From Macrostomum lignano (taxonomy: Eukaryota), in the NCBI GenBank assembly GCA_002269645.1, contig NIVC01002393.1, positions 62,001 through 126,000 on the forward strand: 64,000 nucleotides of DNA, read 5' to 3'. Shown here in pieces: positions 56,521 to 64,000 of the stretch. Below the pieces are notes generated by a model. The model was not told the DNA's origin, ran no database searches, and saw only the letters and a list, made by a program, of their open reading frames with translations. Both the position numbers and the translations under genes were made by a program. Every line of letters begins with the position of its first letter. Within the stretch, counting starts at the first letter, position 1.

Positions 56521-57151
56521 TTATTGATTTTTTCAATAAGTTATCGATTTTTTAGTTATTAACAAAAGTAGACTAGTGAAAACTACTTATATTAGGTTAA
56601 ATTACGTATATTTACACAAAAAGTAGACAACACACACATTGTAGGCTGTACAAACATATTGACGCATATTAAACATATCGGTAGGCAAAGTACATATCGG
56701 TGCATAATGCATAATACGAAACATATATAGACATAATACTCTTACAAAGCATATTTTCGATACATATCGCTTTATTAGTGTAGTAGGCGCATAATATTGT
56801 AGATTCAAGTAATAATTTCAGAAATAATGCAGCCGTATATAGATGTAGGCATAAGACATACACTGTAGATGCAAATACTGTAAGGCGTAAATTGATAAAC
56901 TTTGGTACAATATGATACATATTGGAGTATATTGCAAGCAACTTTCGTTTATTATCGAAACATTGAACTCAGTCGCGAGGAATTAATGACACTATTTCAA
57001 TTGCGCTATCGAGACGTCAATCAGCCAAAGGCCCCCTCCCAACAGAGGTAGGGGTGACAAATTGGGATTTTAACCCTCCAGGGAACCCCCCCCCAGTAGA
57101 AGGGTCCAAAGTACAGTGCATGCAGAGAGAAGTAACAGAGCACAAAGAGGA

Positions 57152-57588
57152 ATATGAAATTCAGGTGATGTGAATTGTGAAGGAGCGTGCAGATATTTTA
57201 GGTGTTGTGAAACTTAGGTGATATGAAATTCAGGTGATGTGAATTGTGAAGGAGCGTGCAGATATTTTAGGTGTTGTGAAACTTAGGTGATATGAAATTC
57301 AGGTGATGTGAATTGTGAAGGAGCGTGCAGATATTTTAGGTGTTGTGAAACTTAGGTGATATGAAATTCAGGTGATGTGAATTGTGAAGGAGCGTGCAGA
57401 TATTTTAGGTGTTGTGAAACTTAGGCGATATGAAATTCAGGTGATGTGAATTGTGAAGGAGCATGCAGATATTTTAGGTGTTGTGAAACTTAGGTGATAT
57501 GAAATTCAGGTGATGTGAATTGTGAAGGAGCGTGTAGATATTTTAGGTGTTGTGAAACTTAGGTGATATGAAATTCAGGTGATGTGAA
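57152..57588. repeat. 69-bp tandem repeat, ~6.3 nearly identical copies
   Basis: atatgaaattcaggtgatg at 57152, 57221, 57290, 57359, 57428, 57497 and 57566. Confidence 0.95.
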
Positions 57589-58389
57589 GTCATGTGCTTT
57601 AGGCGTTGTGAAATTTAGATCTTATGAAGCGCCCCCCCGGGTCTGTCTGGGTTATGGGGGCTAGATAACTCACCGGGTCCAGTTACAGATTCCGGTTGGG
57701 TAGGCGGGACAAACGAGTCTGAAAAAAAACACAAGTAGAAAAAAACCAGAAGAATCTGTCAATTCCTTAGACCCCTCCAACAGCCTACCCAGGCCCTAGC
57801 ATGTTGCCCACGCAGCAACTCCGCCCGGCCTGTTCGAACTTGTCTAGATCGCACCCTGCCGCAGCCAGCAACTCTCAGCTCAGCCCTAGCCAGCTCTGTT
57901 TATGCAGCTGTCGCACTCCTCCCGCAGCGATTAGGCCCCCTCTCCCTCTCTCTCCTGCTGCAAAACGGCGCAAAGCTCCTTTCTCTCCTCTAGCTGGGGT
58001 GGCAACCGCACGATTGGCCAGAGACTCAGAGAGACTGGGCCGAGAAAGGCCAACACCCCAACATGCGCCAGCTTATAGAAGGGTGTTAATACCCTGGAAC
58101 CAAAATATGCTTGGCTGCGTTTCTCTTCGCTCTTCACCGAAGCCTTAAGCTGCAATTCAAGCACTTTAAAGCACTGTCGATCGTTATTGGCAACAGGTAA
58201 GTGGAAGTACGAGTACAATAAATACTCAGGGTTACTATATAGAAAACTGCTGCTGGTCAGATGGGAATTTATAATGCGTGCTCTGTATAAACTATATCTG
58301 TATATATTTAGTCTTGAGTAACTGAGTTTTAGGACAGCACTAATAATGCTACGGTCGTATTTAATATTTCCTTTTCAACAGGATACAAG

Positions 58390-59221
58390 ATGGCAGACGG
58401 CGGAGAGCCTGACGTGGAAGCCGTTGCAGAACAGCTGGCTGCCGTGAATATTCAAGACGAGCCCGTCGGAGAGCTTGTATGGGATGAATTTCCAGGTGAA
58501 ATCATAACTATCAATGAAGTCGAGTACCGTCGCATCAGACTGCGTTTAGTTCCACCGCCGCAGCCCAGCACATGCTACGTGTTCCTTGGAGACGGAGAGG
58601 GCGATTCCAAGTTTAGCAGCGCGTTTGCAGCACTGCGCGGCTCGCCGTCGGGAATATTTTCTACTGAAATTTTGGGTCAAGAAGAACAAGAAAACACAAA
58701 CGTCTGGCCCAGGCGACGGCATCTCAAGATAATAAGGGGGCCCCCCAGGTTTGAGGCCCGTGGCCCCCCCCCATCTGGAAGACAGAGAAGCGTTCTTAAA
58801 TTGGCTGAATCTCGGTGTGAATCCAGATCACATCGTCCTGTGGTTCCAGTGTCCGTGGGCCTATCAGATGGGATATCCACAGGATGGGCGAGACCAGGAG
58901 CATTTTATAAGGGACATAATGGCAGCCGCGGCGAAGGTTCAAGAACCTGGCGAGCTGCTGCTCATCGGGCTGTGTGTCGTATCACCGTACGTTGAGCGGT
59001 ACGGCTCACCGATAACAGCTGCAGAAGATAGCGGCTATTTATACGAGTGTCTCGGTGCCGACAAGGAATTTGTTGGCAAAATGCTGGATCGAAGATATCA
59101 GCACCAATTTAACGCAAATAGCGCAAATACACTGACACGAAACGAGCAATTCGCTACTCTGCTGTTCAAACGCCAAAACCCGCAAACAACACAGGCCCAG
59201 CACCTACTCAAAGAAAAGTAG
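58390..59221 (+). CDS. Divergent Rossmann-fold SAM-dependent methyltransferase, BMT5/DUF2431 (FDXACB1)-like; frame restored by a candidate 37-nt intron (58749-58785)
   Basis: 5' UTR intron 58197-58381 precedes the ATG. Motif resemblance by eye: VFLGDGEGDSKFSSAFA ~ LLVGEGNFSFS, DHIVLWFQCPW ~ DRIIFNFPH, HFIRDIMAAA...GELLLIGL...PY ~ FF.SA...GEI.VTL...PY, and YQHQ ~ Y.H. ORF1 and ORF2 differ by +1. Confidence 0.55.
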
Positions 59222-59254
59222 AAAAGACAAACTCATGGCTGTTGTTTGATCATT

Positions 59255-60825
59255 AATGTAGCCGCTGTTAATTCCCTTTTTGTTATAGCCGCTGTTAATT
59301 CCCTTTTTGTTATAGCCGCTGTTAATTCCCTTTTTGTTATAGCCGCTGTTAATTCCCTTTTTGTTATAGCCGCTGTTAATTCCCTTTTTGTTATAGCCGC
59401 TGTTAATTCCCTTTTTGTTATAGCCGCTGTTAATTCCCTTTTTGTTATAGCCGCTGTTAATTCCCTCTTTGTTATAGCCGCTGTTAATTCCCTTTTTGTT
59501 ATAGCCGCTGTTAATTCCCTTTTTGTTATAGCCGCTGTTAATTCCCTTTGTTATAGCCGCTGTTTATTCCCTTTTTGTTATAGCCGCTGTTAATTCCCTT
59601 TTTGTTATAGCCGCTGTTAATTCCCTTTTTGTTATAGCCGCTGTTAATTCCCTTTTTGTTATAGGCGCTGTTTATTCCCTTTTTGTTATAGCCGCTGTTA
59701 ATTCCCTCTTTGTTATAGCCGCTGTTTATTCCCTTTTTGTTATAGCCGCTGTTTATTCCCTTTTTGTTATAGCCGCTGTTAATTTTCTCTTTGTTATAGC
59801 CGCTGTTAATTCCCTCTTTGTTATAGCCGCTGTTTATTCCCTCTTTGTTATAGCCGCTGTTAATTCCCTCTTTGTTATAGCCGCTGTTAATTCCCTTTTT
59901 GTTATAGCCGCTGTTAATTCCCTCTTTGTTATAGCCGCTGTTAATTCCCTCTTTGTTATAGCCGCTGTTAATTCCCTTTTTGTTATAGCCGCTGTTAATT
60001 CCCTCTTTGTTATAGCCGCTGTTAATTCCCTTTTTGTTATAGCCGCTGTTTATTCCCTTTTTGTTATAGCCGCTGTTAATTCCCTTTTTGTTATAGCCGC
60101 TGTTAATTCCCTCTTTGTTATAGCCGCTGTTAATTCCCTTTTTGTTATAGCCGCTGTTAATTCCCTTTTTGTTATAGCCGCTGTTAATTCCCTTTTTGTT
60201 ATAGCCGCTGTTAATTCCCTTTTTGTTATAGCCGCTGTTAATTCCCTTTTTGTTATAGCCGCTGTTAATTCCCTTTTTGTTATAGCCGCTGTTAATTCCC
60301 TTTTTGTTATAGCCGCTGTTAATTCCCTCTTTGTTATAGCCGCTGTTAATTCCCTCTTTGTTATAGCCGCTGTTAATTCCCTTTTTGTTATAGCCGCTGT
60401 TAATTCCCTTTTTGTTATAGCCGCTGTTAATTCCCTTTTTGTTATAGCCGCTGTTAATTCTTCTTGTTATAGCCGCTGTTAATTCCCTCTTTGTTATAGC
60501 CGCTGTTAATTCCCCTTGTTATAGCCGCTGTTTATTCCCTTTGTTATAGCCGCTGTTAATTCCCTCTTTGTTATAGCCGCTGTTAATTCCCTTTGTTATA
60601 GCCGCTGTTAATTCCCTTTGTTATAGCCGCTGTTAATTCCCTTTGTTATAGCCGCTGTTAATTCCCTTTGTTATAGCCGCTGTTAATTCCCTTTGTTATA
60701 GCCGCTGTTAATTCCCTTTGTTATAGCCGCTGTTAATTCCCTTTGTTATAGCCGCTGTTAATTCCCTCTTTGTTATAGCCGCTGTTAATTCCCTTTGTTA
60801 TAGCCGCTGTTAATTCCCTCTTTAT
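59255..60825. repeat. 27-bp minisatellite (gttatagccgctgttaattcccttttt)n with 25-bp variants toward the 3' end
   Basis: VIAAVNSLF repeat ORF; ends at the palindrome tttattggcgccaataaa. Confidence 0.97.
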
Positions 60826-62459
60826 TGGCGCCAATAAATCTAAATCGAAAAGACTTGGTTTTCGTTTCTTGAACAGTAAACTCCACTTACGTCAAAAAGC
60901 TCGAATAGTGTTCCGCTTTTTTCGGGAATGGGCTTGTCTATGGCCACACGCAAGTATCACTGGACCAATTTCTTAGAATTTTGGATTCAACTCTGATCAA
61001 ATATTTAATTCAATCTGCTCAAATTTCAGACAATTCTTCCTTGTCTGGAGTTCTCCTGAATTTCCCATTATATATCCCCGAACTGTTTGATGAATATCCC
61101 GCAGACACAGGCTGTGACTGCTTCAATTCCCCTGTGACTGAGTGCCAGATGCACCCAGGAAGTTTACTCTTTTTTAACTCATTTTGTTTATCTGCACCCA
61201 GGCGTTACCACATCTGTTTTCTCTGCCCCACCACTCTTTTACTCTCTGCCCTCCCTTAAGCTGCTCAAATTCCAATCTGTACTCAAGCTCTGCTAATTTG
61301 CCATCTGCTGCTGTTGCTAGCTAGTAGTAAATAATTATTTGCCCTAGCACCCACATCAGCAGATCAGAGCCCTTCTTAGCGGACCACATGACATCGCGCT
61401 GTTAAGAATGTGAATGTGCGCTCGAGATGGTGTCGATAGATTGGCTCAGTCCGTCCTCAGTTACAAAATTTATGGCCGAGCTCTCGAACAGAAGCTCGAG
61501 AGAGATGCTCTCAATGTAGATCCCACACAGTGAATGCTGCTTCTCAAACCCGTTTCTCAAGCGCCCACCCCTGCCCAGCTGAACTGGGGAGCTCTGCCAA
61601 CTCCCTATAGGCGCATGCAACGCAAACAAGAACGCCTCAACAATGGACTCGGGCATACACCAGAGCCTCCGATATAGCAGTATACAGGAGCCCATGCTCC
61701 TCTGCAATGCCACAGACAGCCACCAGCAGGATTTTTCAGCCCCCAGCTTGGCTTCGCTGAGAAATTGCCTCCTGACTGGCGTGGCGATCGGCTCTCCGCT
61801 CCGCCCTGCAGGTCCCGGGAGCGTTCAGAGCCCCTCTTTGGAGCACAGCCCGCATAATAATCAATACTGTGCCTGGGACAGACGGAGCTCCCAGCCAAGC
61901 ATTCGTTACAGAAATTCCCAAGGCATTGCTTGGGCCACAGCATTCAGTACTGGGCAGTTGCTCAATTAGTCCAAGAAATGCAGTGAGACTCCAATTAAAT
62001 ATGAAATTAAAAATACGGCAGAGAAGAGATTTTGTCAATTATGCCACTTAAGCAGTTGTTTTTGCAGATGCAGGAGTTCGCATTCCAGTGCCATAAAAGC
62101 AATGGCACCACTGTGCAACCGGCACCAATGCAGTGAACTCCCAGTCCCATCGCACTGACGGATTGGCGCAGGCCCGGAGGTCCGGGATCGAGTCCGGAGC
62201 CTTCAGCTCTTCACCCCTGGGGGTAGCCGAGCTGCTCCCAGTCACCTGAGCTCAGAGCGCGGCCAGCGATCTCACCAGAAGCACCTGGAGAGGCCAAGTA
62301 AAGCCGCTGCCAGTTGCCAGCCCGAGTGTCACCCCCATCAGGCCATAAAATCGGCATTCCTGGCGCACCTGGGAGCCGGGGGGATTCCCGCATTTACCTA
62401 CGCAAGAGATGCACCGGCCGCTGCTGCCCAAGAAATGAAAAACAGTTCCCAAGCCAAAC

Positions 62460-63350
62460 ACCCAGTACTCAGACACCCAGCACTCAGACACCCAGCACTC
62501 AGACACGCAGCACTCAGACACCCAGCACTCAGACACCCAGCACTCAGACACCCAGCACTCAGACACCCAGCACTCAGACACCCAGCACTCAGACACCCAG
62601 CACTCAGACACCCAGCACTCAGACACCCAGCACTCAGACACCCAGCACTCAGACACCCAGCACCCAGACATCCAGCACTCAGACACCCAGTACTCAGACA
62701 CCCAGTACTCAGACACCCAGCACTCAGACACCCAGCACTCAGACACCCAGCACTCAGACACCCAGTACTCAGACACCCAGCACTCAGACACCCAGCACTC
62801 AGACACCCAGTACTCAGACACCCAGCACTCAGACACCCAGCACTCAGACACCCAGTACTCAGACACCCAGCACTCAGACACCCAGCACTCAGACACCCAG
62901 CACTCAGACACCCAGCACTCAGACACCCAGCACTCAGACACCCAGCACTCAGACACCCAGCACTCAGACACCCAGCACCCAGACATCCAGCACTCAGACA
63001 CCCAGTACTCAGACACCCAGCACTCAGACACCCAGCACTCAGACACCCAGCACTCAGACACCCAGCACTCAGACACCCAGCACTCAGACATCCAGCACTC
63101 AGACACCCAGCACTCAGACACCCAGCACTCAGACACCCAGTACTCAGACACCCAGTACTCAGACACCCAGCACTCAGACACCCAGTACTCAGACACCCAG
63201 CACTCAGACACCCAGCACCCAGACACCCAGCACTCAGACACCCAGTACTCAGACACCCAGTACTCAGACACCCAGCACTCAGACACCCAGTACTCAGACA
63301 CCCAGCACTCAGACACCCAGTACTCAGACACCCAGCACTCAGACACCCAA
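62460..63350. repeat. 15-bp minisatellite (cactcagacacccag)n
   Basis: TQTPS, LRHPA and WVSEC repeat ORFs. Confidence 0.97.
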
Positions 63351-64000
63351 CCCTCACAGCCATCAGTGGCTCCCATTAGCCAAAGTTTTTGACCCCATCA
63401 CAGCCAATCACTATGTCTGCAACGTACATCATGTACTTTAAAAGTGCCAGTTCAAAGTCACGTGGTTCTGCTTGGCTCCAGAGCGAACCCGCAACTCGCA
63501 CTGCTCCGACTCTCCTGCAGGCTGCAGCCTGCTTTTGCTCAAAGTCTGCTCGGCTCAATGAACTCCTGTTGCATGCTGGTCTGCGCGCATTTGCCAGTCT
63601 CTGTGCTGATTTTGCATGCCAGTGAATCTGGTAAAACCGTGTGTGATTTCCGGTCAACGAAAATCATTGCTTTTTAAGAAAGAATGGTTTTTGAAGGAGC
63701 GGAAGAAAAGATACTTCGATGGACACTCGCTGTAAATGCGGTTTTGTGAATAGGGGATTGGAAGGCCGATTTTTGTTAGAGGGGCCCGCTGCATGAAAAA
63801 TAGGGAAGGATTTTGGTTTGGATCATTTTTAGTTCGGCCGGATATACGCTGCATCAGTTCAGTGGGAGAATATCCGGTCATTTCTTCGGACAAGTGACAC
63901 CAACTTTACATATCCGGATGTTTTGTTCGGATATTATAGTTCTGTTGGATTTGTTTGAGTGTCACTTTTCGATTGAGCATTATCCGCGCTGTTCCAATCT

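Noticed and set aside
55447-56562. 371-aa Ser/Pro/Leu-rich ORF
   Set aside because: Translation of a CT-rich 31-bp array.
57152-57588. Regular 69-bp repeat or other arrays as CRISPR or hammerhead arrays
   Set aside because: No unique spacers, no cas genes and a eukaryotic context. CTGANGA matches (e.g. ctgagga in the 28-bp array, ctgatga near 9285) lack a properly placed GAAA and stems.
62252-63441. 375-aa TQTPS mucin-like ORF and sister ORFs
   Set aside because: A 15-bp array open in four frames; no signal peptide or evidence favouring one frame.
63650-64000. atatccgg/ccggatat motif cluster at the window end
   Set aside because: May be a transposon end, but it is truncated by the window and its termini cannot be defined.

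Overview
Eukaryotic (animal) genomic DNA. Gene style, minisatellite-filled introns and Q/A-rich proteins suggest a macrostomid flatworm such as Macrostomum lignano; this is inference only. Reconstructed genes: (1) a 12-exon minus-strand PPP-family Ser/Thr phosphatase with N-terminal EF-hands (4185-26652, ~986 aa); (2) a 2-exon class A peptide-type GPCR nested antisense in its 9-kb intron; (3) a 2-exon tandem-CCCH zinc-finger protein with polyQ (35541-37839); (4) an 8-exon beta-ureidopropionase UPB1 (47923-54303); (5) a divergent BMT5/DUF2431-like methyltransferase whose frame shift is resolved by a candidate 37-nt intron (58390-59221). Two possible frameshifted lectin-like genes are weak calls. 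Mobile elements: an intact Ty3/gypsy retrotransposon with identical 315-bp LTRs and TTAA TSD (26884-33448); a THAP-bearing P-like remnant; a CACTA/EnSpm-type element containing a nested 9-bp-TSD MITE; a MITE carrying a 28S rRNA fragment that spans the R2 target site; two tRNA-derived CORE-like SINEs; and about 25 tandem arrays that account for most long spurious ORFs. The most interesting hypothesis is that the gypsy element makes Pol from a spliced mRNA, with an LTR-encoded ATG|GTGAGT donor joined in frame to an acceptor 4 nt after the gag stop (foamy-virus-like). The 28S-carrying MITE is the next best candidate.
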